Positions 30,709 to 42,337 of a stretch of DNA of 64,000 nt are shown in pieces. The translations under genes and the position numbers were made by a program. This DNA comes from Candidatus Ruthia sp. Plio_17_S18 (GTDB taxonomy: Bacteria > Pseudomonadota > Gammaproteobacteria > PS1 > Pseudothioglobaceae). The stretch covers positions 989,161-1,053,160 of the forward strand of contig CP072538.1 of the NCBI GenBank assembly GCA_021730105.1. The letters are read 5' to 3'. A model generated the notes under the pieces. That model worked only from the letters and a program-made list of their open reading frames with translations, did not search any database and was not told the origin of the DNA. The first letter of the stretch is position 1; the number at the start of each line of letters is the position of its first letter.

Positions 30709-32367
30709 ATGAATAAGGACACTTACACCAACTTTATACGCAACCAAATTGATAACGATTTGGAGCAAAAATTGCATACTTTTATTCAAACACGCTTCCC
30801 ACCCGAGCCTAATGGTTATTTGCATATTGGACATGCTAAATCAATTTGTCTAAATTTTGGCCTAGCAAAAGATTACAAGGGGCAATGTAATTTGCGATTT
30901 GATGACACTAATCCAGCTAAAGAAGATATTGAATTTATAGATGCCATCAAAGCAGATATTAAGTGGCTTGGGTTTACGTGGGATGGTGGCGTTAAGTACA
31001 GCTCTCATTATTTTGAGAAGTTTTATGAGTATGCCATTGAACTTATTAATAAAAGTTTGGCTTACGTTTGTTTTTTATATGCAGATGAAACTCGTGCTTA
31101 CCGAGGCACTTTAAAAGAGGCTGGGAAAAATAGCCCTTATCGAGATACATCAATTGCAGAAAATCTAGAATTACTTGCAAAAATGAAAGCAGGTAAATTT
31201 TCAGAAGGTGCATGCGTACTGCGCGCCAAAATTGATATGAGTAGTTCATTTATGTGCATGCGCGACCCAACTCTGTACCGCATTCGCTTTGATAAACATC
31301 ACCAAACTGGCAATCAGTGGCGTATTTACCCCATGTATGATTTTGCTCATTGTATTGGTGATGCAATTGAAGGGATAACTCACTCTTTATGCACATTGGA
31401 ATTCCAAGACAATCGTCGCCTATATGATTGGATATTGGAAAATCTAAATGATTTTAATAAGCCTAATCGCCCACATCAGTATGAGTTTTCACGGCTAAAT
31501 TTAGAATACACCGTCATGTCAAAGCGTAAATTACAAAAATTAGTCGAATATAAGTTGGTATCTGGCTGGGATGACCCACGCATGCCTACACTTTCAGGGC
31601 TTCGTCGTCGTGGCTATACTGCGGCTAGTATTCGCGACTTTACCAATCGAATTGGCATTTCTAAAGTGGGTAGCATGACTGATATAGCAATTCTAGAAAC
31701 TGCTATACGTAATGATTTGAATATCAAAGCGCCGCGCACAATGGGTGTTATTGATCCAATACGTGTTATTATTGAAAATTACCCTGAAGGTAAAATTGAA
31801 ACCTTGAAAGCCCCTATTCATCCACAAAATGAGTCAATGGGCAAACGTGATATATTCTTTTCTCGTGAATTATATATCGATAGGGCAGATTTTAAAGAAG
31901 TGGCACCGAATAAAAAATTTAAACGATTGGCAATCAATAAAGAGGTTCGCTTGCGATTTGCTTATGTCATTAATGCCACTACTTTTGACACCGATTTTGA
32001 TGGAAATATTACCACCGTATACGCAACATACGACCCTGATACATTAGGTAAAAATCCTGCAGATGGTCGCAAAGTTAAAGGCGTGATTCACTTTGTTGAA
32101 ACCAGCAAAGCACTCAAAGCAGAATTTAGACTATATGAACGATTATTCACAATTGAAAACCCTGGAAAAAATGACCACTTTGAACAATTGCTTAACCCGC
32201 AATCACTCATCAGCACTTATGGCGTGGTAGAACCTAGTATGGCTAATAGCAAACCTGAATTTGCTTATCAGTTTGAACGTGAAGGGTATTTTTGTCGAGA
32301 CAATCAATCAAGCGATGAACTGGTATTTAACAAAACTACAGGTTTGCGTGATACTTGGTGTGCTTAA
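30709..32367 (+). CDS. glnS: Glutamine--tRNA ligase
   Basis: [49 protein letters not shown]. Confidence 0.98.
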   Translation: MNKDTYTNFIRNQIDNDLEQKLHTFIQTRFPPEPNGYLHIGHAKSICLNFGLAKDYKGQCNLRFDDTNPAKEDIEFIDAIKADIKWLGFTWDGGVKYSSHYFEKFYEYAIELINKSLAYVCFLYADETRAYRGTLKEAGKNSPYRDTSIAENLELLAKMKAGKFSEGACVLRAKIDMSSSFMCMRDPTLYRIRFDKHHQTGNQWRIYPMYDFAHCIGDAIEGITHSLCTLEFQDNRRLYDWILENLNDFNKPNRPHQYEFSRLNLEYTVMSKRKLQKLVEYKLVSGWDDPRMPTLSGLRRRGYTAASIRDFTNRIGISKVGSMTDIAILETAIRNDLNIKAPRTMGVIDPIRVIIENYPEGKIETLKAPIHPQNESMGKRDIFFSRELYIDRADFKEVAPNKKFKRLAINKEVRLRFAYVINATTFDTDFDGNITTVYATYDPDTLGKNPADGRKVKGVIHFVETSKALKAEFRLYERLFTIENPGKNDHFEQLLNPQSLISTYGVVEPSMANSKPEFAYQFEREGYFCRDNQSSDELVFNKTTGLRDTWCA

Positions 32368-32445
32368 TCCTTACAAACATAGTTAATGTTTTATGGCATG
32401 ACAATGAAATAAGAAAATAAATCCAATGGATTGTAATATGAATTT

Positions 32446-34178
32446 ATGAAATTGGTGAACAACGGTTTAATTATCTGGCTTAGTGTTGTACTTATCTGTG
32501 TTGCATGACAAGCACCTTGGGTGTGGTCTTATGGTTTTTATGGTTCCAGTTTTGCAAAACTATATGCCGCAACTTTTGGCATTGGTTTTGTGTTTATTTA
32601 TACATTATGGGTAAATCGTCAGCATTTTTCTTATCACTTTAGTGATTTGAAAATATCTTTTAAGCACTGGTAGTATTTTTTGGAGTGTTAATGTTGATTT
32701 TTTTATCGGTAAATGGCTGCTATGGTTAATTATCTTTTATGCATTCTTTGTTGCTTATTGCATTAAACAAACACATACCAATCTCTTAAAGTTTGCTTTT
32801 GGTTTGGACTGTTGCAGGTGGGCTTATTTCCATCATCGGTATATTCCAATATTTATCACCTGATATTGAATTTTTATTACAATCAGCGCCGCCATCCTCC
32901 ACATTTGGCAACAAAAATATAGCAGCACATCCACTTGTATTGATATTTACAGTGGTTTTATTTATTATTTTTTATAATAAAATCAATACAATGCAAAGCT
33001 TTTTGACTGGATTTTTGATGGCAGTTATTGTTATTTATATTTTTTATACCGCTACCAAATCAGCATGGCTTGCTATTTTTATTGAGTTGTTATTTGTTAC
33101 TCTATTTTTACGATTAAAGCGTAAAAAAATAAACAACTGCATTTGCTGGAATCGAACTAAAACTCTTGCCTTGTCACTGTCTGTGTTATTGATTTTTATA
33201 ATTATTAATTTATCTGCCGATGGTTTTACACCCGTTTGGCAAACAGCAACCAACGAAATATCAAGCATGATACAAAGTATCAGCAATAAGAATGGCATTT
33301 GTTATGAAATTTCTATCAATATGATTAAAGATGCGCCATTGTTTGGTACAGGTTTTGGCAGTTGGAGTCATAATGAGGTTCAAGCAGAATATAAAAATGA
33401 ATTGTTCTATCTTTTATTATTGGTGGCACTTGGTGGCTCATTTATCAAAATGCCATTTAGTTTGCCTTATCAAATGTCAATGCCATCACTTTTATTCGGA
33501 TTATATCTTGGATTGATTGCCAAACAATCAGAACGCTTTCTTGAGCCAAGAACAATACTATGTATTAAATCGATAAAAAATATTAATGAGTCTTGGTGTT
33601 ATGTCGTTTTTGATAGTTTGTAGTATTTATATTGATTGGATAAGGTTTTATAATGAGTTAAATACAAGACATTATAAAAACGTACAACAACTATGTGCTG
33701 TCATGCCTTATGTTTATTCTTATCATGTTCATTACGGGTACGGGCTAAACAAATTTAACCGCCGTTATATAAATGCTGGAGATTTTGATAAATATTTTCA
33801 GTTTTCAAAGATACTGTTACAACGCTTATCAAATGATAATTTGATACTTTATGACCATATTCTCACGCATTAATAAAAACCAAACAGTTTGATGAGGTAT
33901 TGACAGAAATTAGCACACTTTCGAAAGTAATTAATGATGGATTGTTTATTGACTACCAATTGAAATTAGAGTTGTATGCCGCATTAAATGATGTTAATCA
34001 ATATCTTGCCACCTATCAAGCATTTGCTAATAAACCAGAGAGGCTTTTGGCATTAAACCAATATAGTTATAAACATCTAAATCAATTTTCTATGCGCAAT
34101 ACGAACCTGTATACATACACGCCAATAATGTACAAAAATCTCATGGCCATGACAACCAATTTGAGAAAAAATACTTGA
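32446..34178 (+). pseudogene. O-antigen ligase/PglL-like membrane protein with soluble C-terminal region, pseudogene
   Basis: Fragments with PSSTFGNKNIAA, TKSAWLA, MIKDAPLFGTGFGSW, FSLPYQM. Many stops and frameshifts. Confidence 0.7.
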
Positions 34179-34199
34179 TTTTTATGGACATGGAAAACA

Positions 34200-35106
34200 T
34201 AAATTAAGCTGCCTAAATCCACTTCTGTTTTTAATTACTGGTCTATTTTATCAAAAAGACAAGTATCGCCCTCATTTCTTACTTAAATCAACCTTTATAA
34301 CCTTTGAAGCAAGCTGCACACAATATCTGCTTGTGAGATTGGTCTATTTGTATTTATTTTAAGCTGTGCGTAATATTCTAGTGGTGGTGAAATTAATAAC
34401 GGATTATGAGTGGTATTTTTATTAAAATCTTGGCTAAACATACCAGATTTTCCGCCTAAATCTTATGATCAATAAATAATTCTTTAATATGACCACAACT
34501 GCTGTCTTGAGCGCTAATAAAAGCAGTATTGTAACCACGAGCTTTGGCATATTTAAATTCTAATGCTTGCTCCTGAATAATTTGCAATAATGTTTAATAA
34601 AAAGCCATGGTTGAATGCTGAAAGTTACTCACATCGTACCAACTAAAAATTGTGGGTAACTATAACAAAATAAAGCCAAGAACATTCACACTATAACGCT
34701 ACTTTAGCGTCTTTTTTTGAATGTTTGATAAAAGATTAATAGATCAATAAACAACGCTCAAGATAATCATAGATTTAAATAAATTGAATTGCGCCATCCA
34801 AAAATCTTCTACAAAAGCATAAAAGCCAAAACTGGATGTGAAACTTTTATAAACCTCAAAATGAGACATTTGCACCAATACTGGTAGGTAATACTATTAA
34901 TACGAGAACAATATTTTTACTAACGCTAGATTTTGTAACGAGGGGTTTTAAAATAAACAACAGTGATAGCATCGTTAAAGATGACAAGTCAAAGTTAACC
35001 ACACCACAACGCGTTTAATATCCCAATTATCCATCACCCACAAATAATCACGAACAACAAACAAATCTAGTAATACTAAAATTAACCAAACAAATAAGGT
35101 ATTCAT
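34200..35106 (-). pseudogene. Heavily decayed membrane-anchored sulfatase/phosphoethanolamine-transferase-like remnant
   Basis: ATG overlaps the surE stop (TAATG): MNTLFVWLILVLLDLFVVRDYLW.. Later fragments FKYAKARGYNTAFISAQD and HNPLLISPP..NRPISQADI. 3' boundary is approximate. Confidence 0.4.
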
Positions 35107-35855
35107 TATTTGATTTGATTTAGCCATTCTGACACCGTATAAATCTCGTTATATTTAGTCAAATCAATTTGCAAAGGGGTGACTGACACATAATGATTAG
35201 CAATGGCATGAAAGTCTGTACCTACGCCATTATCGGCCTCTTTACCGTTTTTACCAATCCAGTACAGGGTTGGGTCGTCTTTATCAGCAACACTTTGCTC
35301 TGACATATGGCGTTTTCCTAAGCGCGTTGTTTGAAACCCTTTAATATCATTCAAAGCCACATCTGGTACATTGACATTCAACACAGTATCATGTGACAAC
35401 TGAGCATGAGATATTTGGCTAATTAATTGTTTAGCAATAACACCTGCTGTCTCAAAATGCCGACCTTCCCCCTCCCAACTTGCTAGTGATATCGCCAATG
35501 ATGGCAAGCCTAAAAAACGCCCTTCTATCGCACCAGCAACGGTACCTGAATAAATCACATCATCGCCTAAATTAGCGCCAAAGTTAATCCCTGTCACCAC
35601 CAAATCAATTTTTTCATTTAAAAAGCCACATAGAGCCAGATGCACACAATCACTTGGCGTTGCGTCAATACTATAAACATTATTTGATATTTGATTTGGT
35701 CTTAAAGGTTTATCAAGTGTAAGCGAACTACTGGCAGCTGATTTATTTTCACTGGGTGCAACTACGATAACGTCATGCTCATGTGCTACAGATTGGGCGA
35801 GTTGCACAATACCTTGGGCTTGATAACCATCATCATTGCTAATTAAAATCTTCAT
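35106..35855 (-). CDS. surE: 5'/3'-nucleotidase SurE
   Basis: ILISNDDG, VVAPSENKSAAS, GINFGANLGDDVIYSGTV, VSVTPL. Confidence 0.97.
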   Translation of the reverse strand: MKILISNDDGYQAQGIVQLAQSVAHEHDVIVVAPSENKSAASSSLTLDKPLRPNQISNNVYSIDATPSDCVHLALCGFLNEKIDLVVTGINFGANLGDDVIYSGTVAGAIEGRFLGLPSLAISLASWEGEGRHFETAGVIAKQLISQISHAQLSHDTVLNVNVPDVALNDIKGFQTTRLGKRHMSEQSVADKDDPTLYWIGKNGKEADNGVGTDFHAIANHYVSVTPLQIDLTKYNEIYTVSEWLNQIK

Positions 35856-35879
35856 CTTTCAATTAGAAAATATTTTTCA

Positions 35880-38102
35880 TCACGATTGTATTGCAAGGAT
35901 AATCTTATCTTTTTTAACACCAACTTTCACTAATCCACCATTGATTAATTTACCAAATAATAACTCATCTGCTAGTGGTTTACGAACTTCTTTTTCAATC
36001 AGGCGCGCCATAGGTCGTGCACCCATTTTGGCATCATAACCATGCTTTGCAAACCATTTCCGAGCAGTGTCAGATACAATGAGAGAAACTTGTTTATTTT
36101 CTAACGCTTCTTCTAATTCAAATAAGAACTTATTCACCACATAAACAATGGTTTGCTCGTTCAGTGCATTAAAATAAATAACTTCTGACAAGCGATTTCT
36201 AAATTCTGGTGTGAATAATTTCTTCAATTCAGTTTCATAATCCAGTGAATGGTCTTGCTCACTAAAACCCATTAACGTACGTTGAATACTTTGTGCGCCG
36301 GCATTTGATGTCATCACCAAAATTACATTTCTAAAGTCAATCTCTCGACCATTAGCATCAGTCATTTTGCCGTTATCCATGACTTGTAGTAATAGATTAA
36401 AAATACCCATGTGGGCTTTCTCAATCTCATCAAGCAGTAGCACAGCATACGGACTGGCATTAACTGCTTCAGTCAACAAGCCACCTGCATCATAACCCAC
36501 ATAGCCTGGTGGAGAGCCAATGAGTTTGGAAATTGAATGACGCTCTCCATACTCGCTCATATCAAAACGCAACAACTTAACTCCCATAATTCGAGCCAAT
36601 TGCTTGCAAATTTCTGTCTTACCCACGCCCGTTGGACCCGCAAAAAGAAAAGACCCCATTGGTTTATCAATTTGCGCTAAACCTGAGCGTGACAACTTAA
36701 TCGCCGTAGATAAACTACTCAGTGCACAATCTTGTCCAAACACGCCCAATTTAAGTTCTGATTCTAAGTTTTTAAGTAACGATTTGTCGTCGTTAGTCAC
36801 TTGTTTAGATGGAATACGTGCTAATTTGGCAATAATATTTTCAATATCACCCACACCAATATTAATTTTACGTTTTGATTTAGGCTGAATCTGTTGATAA
36901 GCACCTGCTTCATCTATTACATCAATGGCCTTATCTGGCAAGCGACGATCATTCATATAACGATGGGATAATTCAGCAGCAGAGCTTAATGCTGCTGCTG
37001 AATATTTAACCTTATGATGATTTTGGTAATATTTTTTAAGACCTTGTAAAATTTTAACCGTATCTGCTACCGAAGGCTCATCAATATCAATTTTTTGAAA
37101 ACGACGCGACAGCGCATGATCTTTCTCAAACACTTTCCGATATTCTTCATAAGTGGTTGAACCCATACACCTAAGAGTGCCATCAGCCAATGCAGGTTTT
37201 AATAAATTAGAAGCATCTAACGAGCCACCAGAAACACTACCTGCACCAATTAATGTGTGAATTTCATCAATAAACAAAATAGCCTGAGGAATTTTTTCTA
37301 AATCTATTAGTACTGCTTTAAGGCGTTTTTCAAAATCACCTCGATATTTTGTACCTGCAATAAGCACGCCAATATCTAATGAATAAATACTAGATTTCTT
37401 TAAAACATCTGGCACTTTTCCTTCAACAATTTTCAAGGCAATACCTTGTGCAATGGCTGTTTTACCAACGCCAGAAAGACCTACAAACAATGGATTATTT
37501 TTACGACGTCTGGATAATACTTGCACTGTGCGAATAACCTCCTCCTCTCTACCAAATAGTGGATCTATTTGCCCAGATTTAGCTTTTTCGCATAGGTTTA
37601 TTGTATAAGTTGCCAATGATGGTTGTTTGGGTCTTTTCTTGTCTAGTTCAATTTTTGGCTCACTTATGATAGGTTCTGGCACTCTATTTAAAATGCCTTC
37701 CATGGCATCTAGGCGTGAAATACTATTAAGTTTTAGCAAATAAACCGCATGAGACTCCTTTTCAGAAAAAATACTCACCAATACATTCATTGCATATACC
37801 GTATTTCTTTGTGCAGATTGTGCCTGATAAACACTGCGTTGTAAAACACGTTGAAAGCCTACTGTTGGCACAATATCAATATTAGAATCAAGCGCAATGA
37901 GTGGTGTATGTGAATCAATATAGCCTTCTAATTCATTTTGCAATTCATCAATATCAACACGCTTATTTCTTAAAAACGTGACCACTTCATCAATATTAAG
38001 TAGTGCTAAAAGCAAATGCTCAACCGTTACAAACTCCAAACGATGATTGCGCGCTTGAGCCATAACATAATTAATCTCTTGTTCTAATCCTATCTCAATC
38101 AT
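35880..38102 (-). CDS. clpA: ATP-dependent Clp protease ATP-binding subunit ClpA
   Basis: EFVTVEHLLLALL, PTVGFQRVLQR, GTKYRGDFEKR, GPTGVGKTE, GARPMARLI. Start at ATG 38102. Confidence 0.96.
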   Translation of the reverse strand: MIEIGLEQEINYVMAQARNHRLEFVTVEHLLLALLNIDEVVTFLRNKRVDIDELQNELEGYIDSHTPLIALDSNIDIVPTVGFQRVLQRSVYQAQSAQRNTVYAMNVLVSIFSEKESHAVYLLKLNSISRLDAMEGILNRVPEPIISEPKIELDKKRPKQPSLATYTINLCEKAKSGQIDPLFGREEEVIRTVQVLSRRRKNNPLFVGLSGVGKTAIAQGIALKIVEGKVPDVLKKSSIYSLDIGVLIAGTKYRGDFEKRLKAVLIDLEKIPQAILFIDEIHTLIGAGSVSGGSLDASNLLKPALADGTLRCMGSTTYEEYRKVFEKDHALSRRFQKIDIDEPSVADTVKILQGLKKYYQNHHKVKYSAAALSSAAELSHRYMNDRRLPDKAIDVIDEAGAYQQIQPKSKRKINIGVGDIENIIAKLARIPSKQVTNDDKSLLKNLESELKLGVFGQDCALSSLSTAIKLSRSGLAQIDKPMGSFLFAGPTGVGKTEICKQLARIMGVKLLRFDMSEYGERHSISKLIGSPPGYVGYDAGGLLTEAVNASPYAVLLLDEIEKAHMGIFNLLLQVMDNGKMTDANGREIDFRNVILVMTSNAGAQSIQRTLMGFSEQDHSLDYETELKKLFTPEFRNRLSEVIYFNALNEQTIVYVVNKFLFELEEALENKQVSLIVSDTARKWFAKHGYDAKMGARPMARLIEKEVRKPLADELLFGKLINGGLVKVGVKKDKIILAIQS

Positions 38103-38109
38103 GGTTTTA

Positions 38110-38409
38110 TTATATCTCCAACTCACGCAATACGCACATTAATGGTTGTTCATTTTTACGTGCAAAGTCTATCACCCGTGTTACTTTAGTTTGTGCAATA
38201 TCATACGAAAAAATACCGCAAACCCCCTCTCCTTCTATGTGAATTTTAAGCATAGTTGCCTGAGCCGCTTCTTCACTTTTGGAAAAAAATTGCACAAGCA
38301 CATCAATCACAAATTCCATGGTTGTGTAATCATCATTTAGCAACAGTACTTGAAATTTATTTGGTTTTTTTAATTTTGGTTTTGAAGTTTGTACTAGTGT
38401 CTTTGTCAT
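38110..38409 (-). CDS. clpS: Clp protease adaptor ClpS
   Basis: VLLLNDDYTTMEFVI, MLKIH..G.GVCG, AQTKV, PLMC. Confidence 0.95.
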   Translation of the reverse strand: MTKTLVQTSKPKLKKPNKFQVLLLNDDYTTMEFVIDVLVQFFSKSEEAAQATMLKIHIEGEGVCGIFSYDIAQTKVTRVIDFARKNEQPLMCVLRELEI

Positions 38410-38411
38410 AA

Positions 38412-39494
38412 CTAAGTTGCTGATTTTTTCTTTAACAATGCCCACACAAAAACCAATATTACCAATGTTGGTATTGAGGCACTCAAGAAGTGATTATAGT
38501 CAAACCTAAGTGACAATACACCACCAATACGCGAGGCTAACTCAAAAAACAAGCTCATCATTAATCCTAAGAAAATCTTTTTACCAAGCGATGCATCACG
38601 AAGTGAGCCAAAAACAAACAACATTGAAAATAATATCATCGCGATCAAAGTAATGGGCTTCATAAGACGCTTATATATTTCAACCTCAAAAACATCGGAG
38701 GCAAGATGATTAATTGTTAAAAAACGTATTTGTTGATAAAGATGCCAAGTGGATAGTTCACGCGGGTCTTTTTTAAGGCTTTCTATCAATTTTTGATTAA
38801 ACGACACTTGGACACTGTATTTCTCAAAATTATTTTCAAAAAACGTTATCAAATTACCATTCTTACCTAACTGGTAATGGACTGACTGACCAAGCTCTAA
38901 GTTACTCCCATTAGAAGTAGCACTATCAGAATGTACGATAGAATCCAATGTATCTGGCGTTAGTAATTTAATAAGGGTGACATCTTGGAACAATTTACCA
39001 TCAAAATTTTTCTTAACATGAATAAAAAGCCCACTGTCTTTCAGCCAAAATCCTTGTTGATTCTTAAACGTCATATTTTGTCCTAGTGCTCTATCGCGTG
39101 AACCTTCTGCATACTCAGTCGTTATTGGTGCAATCAGCTCACCTATAACAATAACAATTGCAATAAACACCAGCGCAGCCCGAATAACAATATTTGAAAT
39201 CTGCATGATTGATACACCTGCACTTCTAATAACAACCAACTGAGAAGTAGATGCCAGATGACCCAATGCCAAAAGCGAACCTAATAAAATAATAACTGAT
39301 GAATGCGAATACATCACTGCAGGAATGTCTGAAATCACGTATTTTGTCGCTTCAAATACCGTGTAATCAGCTTGCCCTATAAACTTAATCTCTTCAAGAA
39401 AGTTAAAAAACGCATAAATACCTAGCCAAAACAGCATAACGGCTAATGTGTAAAAGGCCATGGTTTTAACAATGTAGCGGTCTAAAATGTTCAT
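38412..39494 (-). CDS. lptG: LPS export ABC transporter permease LptG
   Basis: ILDRYI, LGHLASTSQLVVIRSAGVS, GFWLKD, FVFGSLR. Confidence 0.85.
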   Translation of the reverse strand: MNILDRYIVKTMAFYTLAVMLFWLGIYAFFNFLEEIKFIGQADYTVFEATKYVISDIPAVMYSHSSVIILLGSLLALGHLASTSQLVVIRSAGVSIMQISNIVIRAALVFIAIVIVIGELIAPITTEYAEGSRDRALGQNMTFKNQQGFWLKDSGLFIHVKKNFDGKLFQDVTLIKLLTPDTLDSIVHSDSATSNGSNLELGQSVHYQLGKNGNLITFFENNFEKYSVQVSFNQKLIESLKKDPRELSTWHLYQQIRFLTINHLASDVFEVEIYKRLMKPITLIAMILFSMLFVFGSLRDASLGKKIFLGLMMSLFFELASRIGGVLSLRFDYNHFLSASIPTLVILVFVWALLKKKSAT

Positions 39495-39536
39495 TAAAAT
39501 AGTCTTTTTAAAATAGAATTATTTAGCGTTGACACC

Positions 39537-41114
39537 ATGATGAACAATATTCACTTTGATAAAATCCTTATTCTTGATTTTGGCTCTCAATATACCCAAC
39601 TTATTGCCCGTCGTGTGCGTGAAATTGGCGTTTATTGTGCATTATTTCCCTACGATGTAGATAGTGACTTTATTAAAACATTCAATCCTCAAGGCATCAT
39701 TCTTTCAGGCGGACCTGACACAGTAACACTTAATAACTCTGCCAGAGCACCAAGTATTGTATTTGATCTCAACGTACCGATACTGGGCATTTGTTATGGC
39801 ATGCAAACCATGGCGATACAACTTGGTGGTCGTGCTACTTCATCCAACAAACATGAATATGGTTTTGCCAAGGTTCGTGCTCGCAACCACTCGCCACTAC
39901 TCAGTGACATTAGTGATGAAATTAGTGATAAAGGTCATGGTTTATTAGATGTATGGATGAGCCACGGAATTGAAGTAGAACAATTACCAGATGGATTTAA
40001 ACTGATTGCTTCTACAGATAACTGTGATATAGCAGGATTTGCCAATGTAGAGAAACATTATTATGGCTTACAATTTCATCCAGAAGTTACTCATACCAAA
40101 CAAGGTGAACACATTTTAGAACGCTTTATCAGCGGTATTTGTCAGTGTGAAAAAAACTGGACAACGGATAATATCATCACTGAATTAGTACAAAGCCTTA
40201 AAGACCAAATTGGTGATGCCAATGTCTTGTTAGGACTATCTGGTGGTGTAGATTCCTCAGTAGTTGCCGTACTTTTACAACAAGCGGTGGGTGAACAACT
40301 CACTTGTGTATTTGTTGATAATGGTCTTTTGCGCCTCAATGAAGGGGATGAAGTTATGCAAATCTTTGCGCAAAATATGGGTGTGAAAGTCATACGTGCT
40401 AATACTCAGGAAAAATTCTATGACGCTCTATCAAATGAAAACGAGCCTGAGGCAAAACGCAAAATTATCGGCAGTGCATTTATTGCAGTGTTTGAAGGAG
40501 AAGCTAAAAAACTCGACAATATTCAATTTTTAGCCCAAGGAACGATTTACCCCGATGTTATTGAATCAGCAGGTGCAAAATCTGGCAAATCTAAAGTCAT
40601 TAAATCACACCATAATGTTGGTGGCTTGCCAGACGACTTACAATTCAAATTGGTGGAGCCTCTTAAAGAATTGTTCAAAGACGAAGTGCGCAAAATTGGC
40701 GTTAAGCTCGGCATTCCACCGCACATGCTTTATCGCCATCCATTCCCAGGCCCTGGGCTAGGTGTGCGCATCCTAGGGCAAGTAAAACAAGAATACGTCG
40801 ATATTTTAAGACAAGCTGATGCTATTTTTATGGACGAGTTGTATAAAAATGGTTTATACGACACAGTAAACCAAGCCTTTGCTGTATTCCTACCCATTAA
40901 ATCAGTCGGTGTTACTGGGGATGAACGTCGTTATGACTACGTTATTGCATTACGCGCTGTTGAAACCATTGATTTTATGACAGCTCGCTGGGCAAGATTG
41001 CCGTATGATTTTCTAGATTTGGTGTCTAACCGAATCATGAATGAAATCTCTCGTATTTCACGTGTGGTTTATGATGTGTCTGGCAAGCCCCCAGCAACTA
41101 TTGAATGGGAATAA
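39537..41114 (+). CDS. guaA: GMP synthase
   Basis: [48 protein letters not shown]. Confidence 0.99.
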   Translation: MMNNIHFDKILILDFGSQYTQLIARRVREIGVYCALFPYDVDSDFIKTFNPQGIILSGGPDTVTLNNSARAPSIVFDLNVPILGICYGMQTMAIQLGGRATSSNKHEYGFAKVRARNHSPLLSDISDEISDKGHGLLDVWMSHGIEVEQLPDGFKLIASTDNCDIAGFANVEKHYYGLQFHPEVTHTKQGEHILERFISGICQCEKNWTTDNIITELVQSLKDQIGDANVLLGLSGGVDSSVVAVLLQQAVGEQLTCVFVDNGLLRLNEGDEVMQIFAQNMGVKVIRANTQEKFYDALSNENEPEAKRKIIGSAFIAVFEGEAKKLDNIQFLAQGTIYPDVIESAGAKSGKSKVIKSHHNVGGLPDDLQFKLVEPLKELFKDEVRKIGVKLGIPPHMLYRHPFPGPGLGVRILGQVKQEYVDILRQADAIFMDELYKNGLYDTVNQAFAVFLPIKSVGVTGDERRYDYVIALRAVETIDFMTARWARLPYDFLDLVSNRIMNEISRISRVVYDVSGKPPATIEWE

Positions 41115-41587
41115 ACACATCGACTGATATACAATGGATGATGCTTGCTATTGAACAAGCCAAACAAGCACAAGAAGTAGATGAGGTACCTGTTGGTGCA
41201 ATTTTAATACAAAACAATCAATTAATTGTTAGTGCACACAACCAACCCATTTCAAACAGCGACCCAACTGCCCATGCAGAAATACAATTATTACGCGCTG
41301 CAGGCAAACAATTAAACAACTATAGACTGTCTAATACAACCCTATATGTTACCTTAGAACCTTGTGCTATGTGCTTAGGCGCTATAGTGCATGCGCGAGT
41401 ATCACGTATCGTGTTTGGTGCTTATGATCAAAAATCAGGTGTTTGTGGATCATGTATAGATTTGTCGAACAGTCAATGTTTTAACCATTCAATTAGAATT
41501 CAAGGTGGCATGCTAGCTAACCAATGCAAAGATCTATTACAGAAATTTTTTAAAAATCGTAGGAAAACTCCCAATAAAACAAACTAA
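41105..41587 (+). CDS. tadA: tRNA adenosine(34) deaminase
   Basis: [21 protein letters not shown]. Confidence 0.95.
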   Translation: MGINTSTDIQWMMLAIEQAKQAQEVDEVPVGAILIQNNQLIVSAHNQPISNSDPTAHAEIQLLRAAGKQLNNYRLSNTTLYVTLEPCAMCLGAIVHARVSRIVFGAYDQKSGVCGSCIDLSNSQCFNHSIRIQGGMLANQCKDLLQKFFKNRRKTPNKTN

Positions 41588-41590
41588 ATT

Positions 41591-42337
41591 TTAGACTGTA
41601 TACATGCCGCCATTCACATGCAATGTTTGTGCTGTGATATAGGAACCACTATCACCTGCTAAAAACAATACTGCATTAGCAACTTCATCAACTTCACCTA
41701 AACGATTCATTGGAATTTGCTGAGTTAAAGCCACTTTTTGCTCTTCAGGTAGTGCATTAGTCATATCTGTTTCAATAAAACCAGGCGCAACTGCATTAAC
41801 GGTAATACCACGAGAACCCACTTCACGAGCCAATGACTTGGTAAAGCCCATGATGCCTGCCTTGGCAGCAGCATAATTAGTTTGGCCTGCATTGCCCATA
41901 GCGCCTACAACAGAAACAATAGAAATAATGCGACCTGCTTTTTTCTTCATCATGCCACGCAATACGGCTTTTGACATTTTATAAACAGAAGTCAAGTTGG
42001 TACTCATAATATCATCCCATTCATATTCTTTCATACGCATGAGTAAATTATCACGGGTAATACCTGCGTTATTAACTAATATATCAATAGCACCATAAGT
42101 GTCAACAATAGACTTTATTACCCCAGCAATTTGATCATTATTAGTTACATTAAGTGTCATGCCTATACCTGACATCTCATTGTCTTTTAATGTGGTGCTA
42201 ATTGCACTTGCTCCTTTATCGCTAGTTGCTGTGCCAATGACAGTTGCACCTGCTGCACCTACAACCAAAGCAATTGCTTGACCAATACCGCGACTTGCAC
42301 CTGTTACTAATACAATCTTTCCTTTCAAATTGTTCAT
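41591..42337 (-). CDS. fabG: 3-oxoacyl-ACP reductase
   Basis: TGASRGIG, NNAGITRDNL, NYAAAKAG, NAVAPGFI.TDMT. Confidence 0.96.
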   Translation of the reverse strand: MNNLKGKIVLVTGASRGIGQAIALVVGAAGATVIGTATSDKGASAISTTLKDNEMSGIGMTLNVTNNDQIAGVIKSIVDTYGAIDILVNNAGITRDNLLMRMKEYEWDDIMSTNLTSVYKMSKAVLRGMMKKKAGRIISIVSVVGAMGNAGQTNYAAAKAGIMGFTKSLAREVGSRGITVNAVAPGFIETDMTNALPEEQKVALTQQIPMNRLGEVDEVANAVLFLAGDSGSYITAQTLHVNGGMYTV

